From NCBI RefSeq assembly GCF_018350175.1, contig NC_058368.1, positions 222,210,001 to 222,274,000 of the forward strand: 64,000 nucleotides of DNA. The letters run 5' to 3'. The notes beneath the pieces are model-generated. The model saw only the letters and a program-made list of their open reading frames with translations, searched no databases and was not told the DNA's origin. How positions within the stretch are numbered: position 1 is the stretch's first letter; each line of letters opens with the position of its first letter. Shown here piece by piece: positions 52,774 through 64,000 of the stretch. The stretch is from Felis catus. Taxonomy: Eukaryota. Made by a program: the position numbers and the translations under genes.

Positions 52774-54299
52774 CTATAATATCTCCCTTTATTCTTTACC
52801 CTGGTCTCACCTCCTTTTGCTCTTGAAGGAATGAATCACCAAGTCACATAATGGAATCTGACTCTTTCTCTCGGCTTCTTTCTTCCTAATTTTTTTTTTT
52901 CTCTTAAATTAGGCTCCCATATTAGTTGCCCTGATGCTCCTTGACATCACCAAATTTGAGATGGTGAAAGAGAGAAGACAACAATGCAGATTTTCTGGAT
53001 AAACTTTGAATAATAATTGTTAAAACTGCTAGGGACAAATATAATATGCTAAAACTATTTTAAACTCAAGGAAAAAAATCTGAAGTATATGTTTTTAAAA
53101 TGTATTCCTAAAAACATTAAAATAAAATACAGTCCAAGTATTTTTAATGTGTTGAATACATATATAGTCAATAAACATTAAAACACTAATATTGTCTTAA
53201 ATGTGAACACCTGGCATGGTGTTGTGGGTGATAGGTATTGTGTAAAAATACACGATGTCTCCAGTTTTTCCTTAAATTTCCCATCTGCCTCAGCTGGATT
53301 GAGAGCTAATCAACAAGTGATTGGATTAAACAACAACAACAACAAAAAAAACATTTTGTATTGATCTCTGTCACTCAGTGTGCCTACTCCGAATTCTCAT
53401 ATCCTGCTCTCTGGATATAATTTTGGTTATGTTTCCAAGCTTCCCTGTATCAAAGACAATCAATCTAGTGTCTTCTCCATTTTAAGGACCAGAGAAGTAA
53501 TATTCGGATTCAGTCATCATCCTAACTTTGATTAATGCAATTCCAGCTGTTGTAACCTTATTTCAAGTATCTGGTTTATTTGTTTATTTGCTAGCCACAT
53601 CAAGTTTATTGAATCAAATCATAGCCAGATGCTTACCGAAGACTTTTATGTCATGCGTAGGAGTTACAAGCTTCAGTCTCAAAGGTTTTATCTTCTTCTG
53701 TAATGAGAAAAGTCTGATCTCCTATTGATGAAATAGTTATATTTTATTAAAACAAGTTAAATATAGAACCATGTATCTAGCTTTATCCTTTTAGTTATCA
53801 CAATATACTATGATTTGCTCATCATAATTTTTGAGCCAAAACACACATTCTAGTCATTAGATATAATTTGTTTATTTCGGGGAGGTGAGTTTTTATAGGT
53901 ATAGATGCACCGCCATGAAAGATTTACTACAAATTCTGCAATCTACATGCTTCGCATGTTTAGCTTACTTAAAATTTAAAGAACAGTGTAAAATAAGTTA
54001 CTAGTTATTTGAAAATATTATCTATTGTATTATTAACATATTACAAATGTGTGTATTTTGTTATTAGACTCACTTACTAGAAATCTAATATGTCTCAACA
54101 CTTTGGGCTAAATGCTAAGAATCCAGGAATTAAAAACGTATCATCCACCTTCCAGGAAGTGGCAGAAAAAAATACATACCAGTTACGATTACAATTGGCA
54201 TCAATATTAAACCCTACACAACTATATTTTCACCAAGTGCTCTTATGATATGGAATAAACTAGTGTTCTCCTAGTACTATTTTCTCTGTTTCATATGAC

Positions 54300-55240
54300 A
54301 CACGAAATAGGAGAGAAAGAGTTAGAAAATATATCCAAGAGAAGGAAGACTTTAACATTGGGTAAATGTAAAGAAATGCCAGAAAGTAAGCATGCAACTT
54401 AATAGAGAAGATGTTACTAGGAGAGCATTAATGCATTTCATATAGTAGGAGCAGTTGGCAAAGATCTAGTTGCATAAAGTTTAGAGACTGATTACAGTGA
54501 AGGGCAAAACTTCTTGAGTGAATCCAGGAAAGTCAAACTACATTCAAAATAATTTAATATCCTTTTAGGAAAGCATGTTAACTACTGAGAAGTTATTATG
54601 ACTTAGACACATCAGTTTCTGGAGTTTTGAAAATGGGGAGGGTAGTCAAAAGAATCAAGGCAAAGTCAGGAATTCCTGGTAGTTTCAGTAAGAAGTGGCA
54701 CTTTTGTTCAGTCAGTTCACACCTAGAAGGAGGGTAAAGACACAAATATTAATTGACTTCACACAAGACCTCAAAAATGAAAAAAGTTCATAGGTGAAAA
54801 ATGATGTTAATTTTTGGCATGCTGAAATTGTGCTTGTAAGACATCCCAACTGAAATATATTTAAGCATTTAGGTGTGGTTTCAGAACTTCAGAGAAACTA
54901 AAGAACTGATTAGAAATACAGGTGTGCATTTTATCAGCTCAGAGAAAGTGTTGAAACAAATCGGGTAGAGGAGATCAGTCCGGATGACATCAGAATTGAA
55001 AAGATAAGGGGACAGATGGATGACCGAGGTCTCTGGAACACTAATATTTGTGATGAATAGAGAGGTATTGGCCCTGCAGTGGATAAAAACATGTTCATTC
55101 AATATCTTCATCTGATTAAAACAAAACAAAACAAAACAAAACAAAACAAAACAAAACTGAAATTCACCTAAGTATGCAATGAGGAGAACTAAAGAGACAA
55201 TGCAAATTATGTCTGTAGTGTATAATGAGAATTCACAATG
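54300..55240 (-). mobile_element. old LINE-2 fragment
   Basis: tttttggcatgctgaaattgtgcttgtaagacatcccaactgaaata; gaccgaggtctctggaacactaatattt. Boundaries approximate. Confidence 0.5.
55118..55156. repeat. (AAAAC)n repeat
   Basis: Seen directly. Confidence 0.93.
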
Positions 55241-55255
55241 TGATTCATGTCTGGA

Positions 55256-55258
<3 letters not shown>

Positions 55259-55288
<30 letters not shown>
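55259..55288. repeat. poly(A)30
   Basis: Seen directly. Confidence 0.93.
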
Positions 55289-55291
<3 letters not shown>

Positions 55292-55761
55292 GAACTATTA
55301 TCTTCTCCCAAGACGAAAAGGAGAAAATATTAACCATCTGTTAATAAAATGAACATTACAAATGAAAGCATACAGTATGCCTGAGGTTTATTGCAAGTAA
55401 ATACTCATTTTAAAAACGATCTACTGAATTTTCTAAGACAAGAGATGACCAAAAAAAAATTATGTCTTCTTGAATATTAAGTGGATTTTACTGTAAAAAG
55501 CAGCAGAAAGCCTATACCAGAATAAATCTAGAATAAAGAAATAATAAATTGGGAAAAGGATGAGAAAATACACATTAAAAGTAAATTCAAAACCCAGTGA
55601 TACTATTTTTTAATAAAGGAAACTTTTCTGTATTGTTATTTTCAGTAGAATTTATTATTTAGAGAAGTTTTAGGTTCACTGGAAAAGTAAGAGTAAGATA
55701 TAGAGACTCTACACCTCTTGTAGGGAGGCATCCATAGCCTTTCCCCTTATCAATATAACAC

Positions 55762-56045
55762 TTCTGAGGGGGTCTTGATGAGACATCAAGCACTATTGTT
55801 TTCTAGTGGAACCAAAGAAGGGAGCAGTGAGGGCCCTTAGCCCTGGCCCTCTCACGGTATGTGAGATCCCACAGCCACAGCTGCAAAGAAATGGGACAGA
55901 AGGTTTGCTTCTCACCCTGTCCAAGAGTAGCCTTGCAGGGCTGAGCTCTGAGCCAGATGCAGCTGCAGGTTCTGCTGAGTGGATGCGCTAATCGCTTTCT
56001 CCAAGCCTGGAGCTGTTTTAGAAGATCACGAAGGAAGAGACATTA
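55762..56045. other. unidentified 284-bp insertion (possible retrocopy fragment) inside the L1MC
   Basis: GC-richer non-L1 sequence between atcaatataacac (55749-55761) and atcaacataactc (56046-56058), 11/13 identical. The L1 continues on both sides. Confidence 0.55.
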
Positions 56046-56423
56046 ATCAACATAACTCACCAGGGTGGCATAATTTGTTACAACTGATGAACCTACATAA
56101 TACATCATTATCACCCAAAGTCCATGATGTTCATTAGGGTTCCCTTTTGGTGTACATTCTACGGGTATGAATAAATAAATATGGGCAAACCCATAAATTC
56201 TATGGGTTTGACATGTATCCGTCATTATGGTATCCTACAGGCAATATTCACTGCCCTAAAAACCCCTGTGTTCTGCCTATCCATGCCTCCCTCTGCCCTA
56301 ACCCCTGACAATTACAAATCTTTTACTGTTCTCATGGTTTTGACTTTCCCAGAATGTAATTGGAAGGTAGCCTTTTCAGAATGGCTTCCTTCACTTAAAA
56401 TGCATTTAAGATCCCTCCATGTC

Positions 56424-56650
56424 TTTTTTTTAATTAAATTTTGTTTTAATTTTTTTTATATATATTTTTGAGAGAGAGACAAAGAATGAGCAGGGGATGG
56501 GCGCAGAGAGAAGGAGACACAGAATCTGAAGCAGGCTCCAGGCTCTGAGCTGTCCGCACGGAGACCCACAGGGGGTTTAAACCCATGAACCATGAGATCA
56601 TACATGACCTGAAGTAGGACGCTTAACCAACTGAGCTACTCAAGCACCCC
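56424..56650 (-). mobile_element. Can-SINE
   Basis: TSD c(c/t)tccatgt(c/g)tttt. Confidence 0.92.
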
Positions 56651-56664
56651 CTTCCATGTGTTTT

Positions 56665-57192
56665 TGATGCCAGAGGATGGGCAAGGCGCTGAGAGGGAGG
56701 GCCTCAGGCTCCTGGCTAAGAGCGTTCTTGGTTTTGCACTAGAAAGAATTCAAGAGCAAGCCATTTGGAGAAAGGGACAAAGGTTCCTTAAGTACAGAAG
56801 TAAGAAAGGAGCTACTTCACAAAGTAATGGTCTCTCCTCCCAGATGGGGAAGAGCACCCACCCTCCCTTTGTCTCTAATGAAGGATTTTATAAGTTTTTA
56901 AAATTAACCATGTAGAAAGGGGCTTACTCTATCTTTGGGTTTACCATTTGCATTGGGTGGTTATTTTATCTTTTGTTTCAGGATTGTGAAATTACCCACA
57001 GGGAACGATTTTAACAATGTCCAGACTTTTTGGCTTTTACTACCAGGGGGAATGGAGTCTTGTGTCTTCTGTGAGTCAGATCTTGTGACTCTCTTTAAGA
57101 CTTGCTGGCTTTAAGGTTAAGGGTCAGCCTAAAACCAAAATGGCTTTACTTTGGTCAGCTTGTCTCGCAAGTTTACCTTCCCTCCTGCCTCA
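56665..57192 (-). mobile_element. ERV1-class solo LTR (528 bp, carnivore LTR-like)
   Basis: Minus strand begins TGAGGCAGGA and ends GCATCA; 4-bp TSD tttt at 56661-56664 and 57193-57196. Confidence 0.8.
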
Positions 57193-58893
57193 TTTTCACG
57201 ACCTGATAGCCCATTTCTTTTTAGTGCTGAAAGGGGGAAACTATTTTTAAAATGGAATATTTTAAGGGGACCAAATAGAATTTTGTTACAAATTAAACTA
57301 TTCTGGTTAAAAAAAGAATGAGGATGATACCTCAGGGCTGCCTATATTCTAGGTGATCTCGGAGAAGCCCGTTTAAAATAGTGGATTTAAAAGGAGAAAG
57401 AAATAGAAACAAAACTAGGTATTTATGGACATTATTCGAAGTTTCTGAATAACATGTGCTTTAAAAAAATTAGGGTTGAAAAATTCTCTGCAAAACAATT
57501 TCTGCTTTTATATATTGATGAATTTATTAAGTCATTAATTCAAACGTTTATTCTACAAATGTGCACATGTTTGTCTGAATCTTCCTTGGTGCTCAACACT
57601 GTTTTAGGATCATCATCTCCAGGCCTCCAAAATTATCTCATCAAACTCATATGGAATAAACATGCAGGTTATCCATAGATTGTGCACACACACATATCTA
57701 AAAAATTCTGATGAAAGTACTTTCAAACTAAAAAACAACTGAATGTGAAAATTCACATGTACCTTATTATAAAGAGAAGAAATAATTATGTATTAATAGA
57801 AGTTGGCTCCAAAATGTTTCACAAAGAAATCTAAGTACTATGGTCTTGAATCTTATTTAATCTTTTTCTCATCATCAGAAGTTAAGCTCGATCACATTTA
57901 CCAAAGTGTATCTGTGCTGTTGCTGGCACAGTAGGTGGAGATGAGGAGTGATTTACAGGGTTTTATTAAGCTGTTCAAGGCTCTCCTTAGAATATATTTA
58001 TTCATGATGATTTGGATTCTGCACTGTCAGCTAGATGTATTATAATCTATCATTTTGGATCAGCAGTGCTTCCAGGTTCATTTTGATTTTGTGTAGTCTC
58101 TCTTTTGAGTTGCCATAAATTAATTTTAAATTTATCTCCTTAGAAAGATTTATGCACATTCCTGTACTGATTGAATGCACTCAAATATTTGAGGTATTTT
58201 GACCTGAAATCCATGTGTAGCAAAAAGAATTTAAATATTGATAGATAAGGATTGCAGTTTTGTTATTTATGCAACAACTCTAAATCATAAAATTATAAAC
58301 AATGATGAATTTAAAAATATTTTGTGGTATGTGAAATTAAATTTATTTATTTTTGTTTAACATCGTGATTTTTATCAATATTTGAATCAAGTATAGGTAT
58401 TTTTTATTTTTCTGGTACCATCAGATAATCTTTTATTTCATATAGATACATTCTATAATAAGCTAAAAGTAATGCTTCATGTGCTAAAGCTTATGTTGTA
58501 ATCAATATTTATGTTCATGATGCTAAAATTAAAAAGACGATGTATTTATATTTGGAATCTAGTAAACATTCTGTAGCACTTTTAATGGCTTTTTATGAAT
58601 CAAACCATCTCATATGTATTAGTTATTGGCTTGAAATACAAGTCAGGTGGCTTTATATTAATTGCTTTTGCATATGATTTATATAGATCCTTCCTCATGA
58701 GAGAGGAATCCACTTTTCTTTTATAAGCTGCCAGGGCTGTCCAACAATTGTGGGTTTATTTTGTAGATTTAGTGTATTATTTGTGACTGTATCTAGGTGT
58801 AAGATCCATTTTATGAACCAATTAAAATTCATGGGTTTTTATCAATTACATTCCCCCCGCCCAAAAAAAGGGGGGCTTTTAAAAAAACGTTGA

Positions 58894-59109
58894 GGGGCAC
58901 GTGGATGGCTCAGTCCGTTAAGTGTCTGACTTCGGCTCAGGTCATGATCTAACTGTTTGTGAGTTGGAGTCCCGTGTCGGGCTCTGTGCTGACAGCTCGG
59001 AACCTGGAGCCTGCTTCAGATTCGGTGTCTCCCTCTCTCTCTGCCCCTCCCCGACTTGTGCTCTCTCTCTGTCTCTCAAAAATAAATAAATGTAAAAAAA
59101 TAAAAAAAA
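58894..59109 (+). mobile_element. Can-SINE
   Basis: TSD aaaaaaacgttga. Confidence 0.95.
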
Positions 59110-59164
59110 AAAAAAACGTTGAAATCACATTCTGTGATACCTATATCATTGTATTTTTTAAATA

Positions 59165-59590
59165 TCTGAGATGTTGCACATCATACATCATCATGGAAAT
59201 GCAAATTAAAATAACAATGAGATGCCACCACACACCTATTAGAATGACCTAAGTCCAGAATACCAATGGCACCAAGGTACTGTTGAGGATATGAAGCAAA
59301 ACAACTTTCATTATTGCTGCTGAGAATTCAAAACGGCACAACCACTTTGGGGGGCAGTTTGATGGTTTCTTATAAAACTAAATAATCTTGCCATACAATC
59401 TAGCAATCATTCTCCTTGGTGTTTACCTAAAAGAGTTGAAAACTTATGTGCATGCAAAAAACTGCCCTTGAAAGTTTGTAGCAGTTTTATCCATAATTGT
59501 CAAAGTTTGGAAGCAACCAAACTGTCCTTCAGTAGGTGAATGGGTAAATAAACTGTGGTACATCCAAGTGTTGGAATATTACTCAGTACT
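59165..59590 (+). mobile_element. old L1M ORF2 C-terminal fragment
   Basis: EMQIKITMRCHHTPIRM (L1 EMQIKTTMRYH motif); tggaagcaaccaaactgtccttcagtaggtgaatgg. Confidence 0.88.
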
Positions 59591-59594
59591 ACAG

Positions 59595-60665
59595 ATGCAT
59601 TGAACTAAGAAATCAATATGTTATATTGTGTCTCCAATAGATATTATACATGGTTCACTCAACCAGTGTAAGGATTATCAATTTATCTCACTATCAAAAC
59701 CAGTTATCCATTTATGGCATTTGGGCTTCCCATTCTTAAGAACTTGGGGTCTGCAGGGATACAAGAACTGTTCATGGCAGGCAGGGAACACTTCATCAGA
59801 GGATATAGTAAGCGCTTCCTTGATCTGGAAGATGTGCAACATTTGGCTAAGTTGGGTTCCGTGTGATGGTAGGCAAAAGCAGGCAAAGAAAAAAAAATAG
59901 TTTGCTGTTTATAATATTCAATCCTCATTACCATGAAAAACTAAGGGGGGCGCATGGGTGGCGCAGTCGGTTAAGCGTCCGACTTCAGCCAGGTCACGAT
60001 CTCGCGGTCCGTGAGTTCAAGCCCCGCGTCAGGCTCTGGGCTGATGGCTCGGAGCCTGGAGCCTGTTTCCGATTCTGTGTCTCCCTCTCTCTCTGCCCCT
60101 CCCCCGTTCATGCTCTGTCTCTCTCTGTCCCAAAAATAAATAAACGTTGAAAAAAAAAATAAAAAGAAAAAAGAAAAAAGAAAAAAGAAAAACTAAGGTT
60201 ACTAGTGTTTAAAAAGGACCAGAAGGATTACTCTGGAATCCAGAGAATTGGGTCTTTCCGTGTTTCCTAGTCAAGTAGTAAACTGTCATAGGAAGTAGAG
60301 TTTAGTCCCTTTGGAGATTGAAAGCCCTCAGTCTCTCCACCAAGAAACAGACTAAACCAGACAAAGTGTTAGTAAAGGGTAAAGGAAATGCAGAGCGGTT
60401 TCGTGTAGGAAGGATGAAGAATATCCACCATAGTCTTGGGACCAGCTGAGGCAGCAAAGGCTGTGCTTCTGTTTCCCGATTACCTTTAAGTTTTCCAAGG
60501 TGATTGTGAATTACGACCACCCTGAAAGAGATTCTGTGACTGAATGGATGCATATCTAACCTGTCCGGAAAGAGTATACTTAAAAAAAATAGTGACCTTA
60601 TGTTTAACCGTGGAAGCTAGTTAGTTATAATGTTGACAAATAATGGGACCTGAGAGGCACAAGTA
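59595..60665 (+). mobile_element. ERVL internal 3' region (dUTPase-side), decayed, interrupted by a SINE
   Basis: gggaacacttcatcagaggatatagtaag...agcaggcaaagaaa...atcctcattaccatga resembles recalled ERVL pol-dUTPase 3' sequence, and leads into an LTR. Confidence 0.55.
59947..60186 (+). mobile_element. young SINEC_Fc with an (AAAAAAG)n tail
   Basis: Near-consensus and CpG-rich; perfect TSD gaaaaactaagg. Confidence 0.97.
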
Positions 60666-60667
60666 GT

Positions 60668-61260
60668 GTATATTATCAACAATTTTTAATGTGCCTCTTC
60701 AGATTCATATTTCCTTCATTAAAACCCTTAGCTTCGTGCTCTGCCTTAGCTGATTTCACAGCTGATGGACTTTGGTTGCCCACCAGCGCTGAACCCCGTG
60801 TCTTACCTGCAGCCAAGAAAGCCAGAAGGTGCCCCAGAGTTTTTGTTTGCAGAAGGAAACACTAAAGGAGGTGGAAATGCCTTGTGGCTTGTTGAGCAAA
60901 GGGGTTAAATGGCGGGAGAGTTGCCTTTGTAAAGAATGAATCTTACTTATGAGAATTAGGAGAGAGGAAAGAGCCACATTGATAAGCCCTCTCTTTTTTT
61001 CTACATCTCGTGGACTGATTTGAGATATAGTTCATGAGTACGAATTGAAGACATTCTTCTAGGCGGAATAGTAGGGCTCTTCCTGACTCTGCACAGGGAG
61101 AGTCTATCCCGGTATTGCATTGACCTCCCCCTCTTTCTCCTTCTCTCTACCCTTCTCCTTTCTCTTCATTCTTGGTGTCCTGCATTTGTATTTACCAAAT
61201 GACAATTAGCATTTCATTCTTGCTTCAGGAGCTGGTTTGCTAAAATCCCAAACTTGAAAG
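60668..61260 (+). mobile_element. ERVL LTR (LTR41/LTR40-like)
   Basis: 3' end ttagcatttcattcttgcttcaggagctggtttgctaaaatcccaaact, typical of this class. Confidence 0.55.
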
Positions 61261-61776
61261 TCAGGAACTTTATAAGATTATAAGTGTTTTTCTTCTATAG
61301 AAATGGAACTATTTGTATTTTCGACAATTGGCAATTTCTTCACAGCCTCACCATAATACGCAGTTTTCAAATGTACAGATTTTGCCAACCAGTAAACTGT
61401 GAAAAGATATCTCATTGTAATTGTGATTTAGAGTTCTGGTCTGAGAAGAAATCTGACCATACTTTCGCATATTTAAAAGGCAATTACATATATTTGTCTG
61501 GGAACTATTGTGCCTACATAGGCTAATGTCCTTCTGGGTTGTTGGCCTTTTATATTCATTTTAAATTTAGATGAGAGTATGCAAAATGGTACCAGACTGA
61601 AACTTGACCTGCATTATATATGGCAAAATTATATTATAAAAATTGAGTTTCAGTACTTACCCACATTTTGTTGAAGAAGCATGCATTCTGTTAGGTACTA
61701 TAATCTCTTAAATGTTTCTTGTTAATCCCTGTTCCTCTAAATGGAACACAACTGAGATCTTTAAAGTGTTTCACTC

Positions 61777-62220
61777 TTTTAACATTCCTTCCTAGCCCTT
61801 GGAGATTTGTGGGGTTGATTTTCATTTTTATTATTTTACACATTCTTTGGTACTGTATAAATTAATGCAATGAGGGGCGCCTGGGTGGCTTGGTCGGTTG
61901 AATGTCCGACTTCGGCTCAGGTCATGATCTCACAGTTCATGGGTTCGAGTCCCGCATCGGGTTCTGTGCTGCCAGCTCAGAGCCTGGAGCCTGCTTTGGA
62001 TTCTGTGTCTCCCTCTCTCTCTGCCCCTCCCTTGCTCGTGCTCTGCTTCTTTCTGTCTCAAAAGTAAATAAACACTAAAAAAAAAAAAGACATAAATTAA
62101 TGCAATGATTATTTCTTACTATTTTAACATTCCTCCCTATCCCTTGGGAATTTGTGGGTGTTATTTTTATTTTTATTATTTTACATATTCTTTGGTATTG
62201 TATAAATCGACGCAATGATT
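61777..62220. repeat. diverged ~110-bp tandem duplication, first copy interrupted by a SINE
   Basis: ttttaacattcct.cct..cccttgg..atttgtggg...attattttaca.attctttggta.tgtataaat...gcaatga at 61777-61873 and 62122-62218. Confidence 0.85.
61874..62091 (+). mobile_element. Can-SINE
   Basis: Perfect TSD ataaattaatgcaatga. Confidence 0.96.
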
Positions 62221-62522
62221 GTACATTATACTTAGAGTAAAATTAATTTTTATTTTAGCATTTTCAACAATCTTATTGTGCTTACAAACTTCAACTTTTA
62301 CTACTTCTTCACCAAAAATCAACAAAAAAATTGTTGCAAATTTTGCTGTTTTGAAGCATAGGCACATTTTTATATTTTGGCCTTAAAATCTAAGTCTTAA
62401 CGTAGGACTTTATACTCACTGTTCTAATATTTCTGTATTTTTAATACATGTTTTCCATATTATTTATTTAATTAAAGTAATACTTCAGCAAATATGACAT
62501 CTGTAACAAGTCTAGTTTTTTA

Positions 62523-62743
62523 TTTTATTTACTTTTTTTTCAACATTTATTTATTTTTGGGACAGAGAGAGACAGAGCATGAACGGGGGAGGGGCAGAGA
62601 GAGAGAGAGACACAGAATCGGAAACAGGCTCCAGGCTCTGAGCCATCAGCCCAGAGCCTGACGCGGGGCTTGAACTCCCGGACCGCGAGATCGTGACCTG
62701 GCTGAGGTCGGACGCTTAACCGACTGCGCCACCCAGGCGCCCC
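62523..62743 (-). mobile_element. young SINEC_Fc
   Basis: CpG-rich; perfect TSD acaagtctagtttttta. Confidence 0.97.
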
Positions 62744-64000
62744 ACAAGTCTAGTTTTTTAAACCTCTAGTCTAAAAAGTCAGTTATCTTTTCTGGGATAC
62801 ATTTTATGGAATTTATTTCAGTGTGCGCCTTTGAAATTGTTTTGTTTCTGAAACAGGCAACTACATACTAGAGGTGATTCTGTTTCATTCAACCATTGCT
62901 TTATTCCATGAATAGAGATAGGTTTATATTTTGAAAGTTGTGTGTGTGTGATAATTTTTAAAAACATTTAACTCTTAATCTAAAGTATTTAGCATATTAA
63001 GATACATTGGATCAAAGTTCTGTAAACGTTCTGTTTTGGGATTGGAAATGTATTCTCTATATAGTATACTTAGGTGACTCTTACAAAATTATTTGAAAAT
63101 TACATAACAAAATATTTTTATACTAAAGCTGTCTTTTCCTCTTTTCAAAGTTTGCAATGCAACCACATTATTTCCAGTAAAGAATGAATCAACATTATTT
63201 TACTAATGTAAATGTATTGCAATGGACTTTAGTATTTTAATGGCAAAGATTTCCATATGAAAATGTGATAATTTAAAATACACAAGTTGGCAATTTTGGA
63301 AAGAACTTGTTTATGTAAGTTTGAATCTTCATGTTTAAGAAAAAAGGTGTTTTATTATTCTATTTAAAATTAATAAAAGGAAGACAAAATACAAAGAGAA
63401 ATTTGTCACCTGAAAAAACATTTTAATACTCAAACCCAGTAGGTAACAAATAGTGATGAGGCTTTTCTAGTGCAGGGTGATAAATTATTAGAATGGAATA
63501 CTATTAACTTCAAGTTCACACATAGCAATTAAATGCCATGAACCTCTAGCTGGTGCTTTGTCTGTGCTAAAAAAAGCAATTGCTATTTCTTTACTCAGTC
63601 TGAGGTTAGTTCCGATTTTTAATTAACACGAAGCCAAGAATTTTCCTTTAAAACACTCTACTCCCAAGAGTGTGCTCTTCCAATGTCTAATGAAAAATAA
63701 ACACTAAGTCTACTAAGCCTGGTGCTAGGTTTAATTGGGACTCATTTAATTTTTCTCTCTACAAACTCCTGGATCAGATATTTAATTTCATCTGTGCTAT
63801 AGAGGATTTTCTGGCTTGTTTTTACATGCTTATGTTAACTGACTATTATATTTATTCTATCAATCCTGCCTCATTTTTCTAATTGTATTCAAAAAATAAC
63901 AAGGAGGGAGCAGTGAAAAGAGGTTACAAATTACAGAGAGAAATCTAGTAGATCAGCCAGATAATTTTCCACTACTGCTTGAGGAAAAGAAAACAAGTTA

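Larger units (their letters stand above)
55650..57230 (-). mobile_element. L1MC-type 3' end (reverse), interrupted by three insertions
   Basis: tttagagaagttttaggttcac; tttgttacaactgatgaacctaca...acatcattatcacccaaagtccat; resumes after the LTR as tgatagcccatttctttttagtgctga. Confidence 0.85.

Noticed and set aside
4217..62067. Recurring ORFs with SAQVMIS / LEPASDSVSPSLSAP / ERERE motifs as a protein family
   Set aside because: They are read-throughs of Can-SINE copies, not genes.
4424..62743. About 2:1 minus-strand excess of SINEs as evidence for a host gene direction
   Set aside because: The sample is small (~36), most L1 sequence is on the opposite strand, and no exons are identified.

Overview
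This is AT-rich mammalian genomic DNA from a felid, identified by Felidae-type Can-SINEs (SINEC_Fc-like head GGGGCGCCTGGGTGGCGCAGTCGGTTAAGCGTCCGACTTCAGCC). The window is repeat-dominated and gene-poor. It contains a decayed ~4.1 kb feline LINE-1 (ORF2 plus 3'UTR) at the start and about 36 Can-SINEs, most with readable target-site duplications (TSDs). It also has old L1M and L2 fragments, MaLR/ERVL LTRs and internal pieces, an ERV1-type solo LTR, a MER44/Tigger7 DNA transposon and many microsatellites. I recognise no intact protein-coding gene; the supplied ORFs are L1 fragments, SINE/microsatellite read-throughs or chance ORFs. I find no support for a new biological system. The best leads are two unexplained GC-richer inserts with degenerate TSDs (candidate old retrocopies, 15765-16232 and 55762-56045) and an RFX/forkhead/ETS/NRF1 motif cluster at ~8.15-8.4 kb. 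Also notable are a 29-bp tail-only SINE with a perfect 19-bp TSD, a tandem SINE with a (GAA)24 tail, and independent local duplications at the same ORF2 position in two L1s. Repeat family names come from recalled consensus similarity, not a database search, and boundaries of old elements are approximate.
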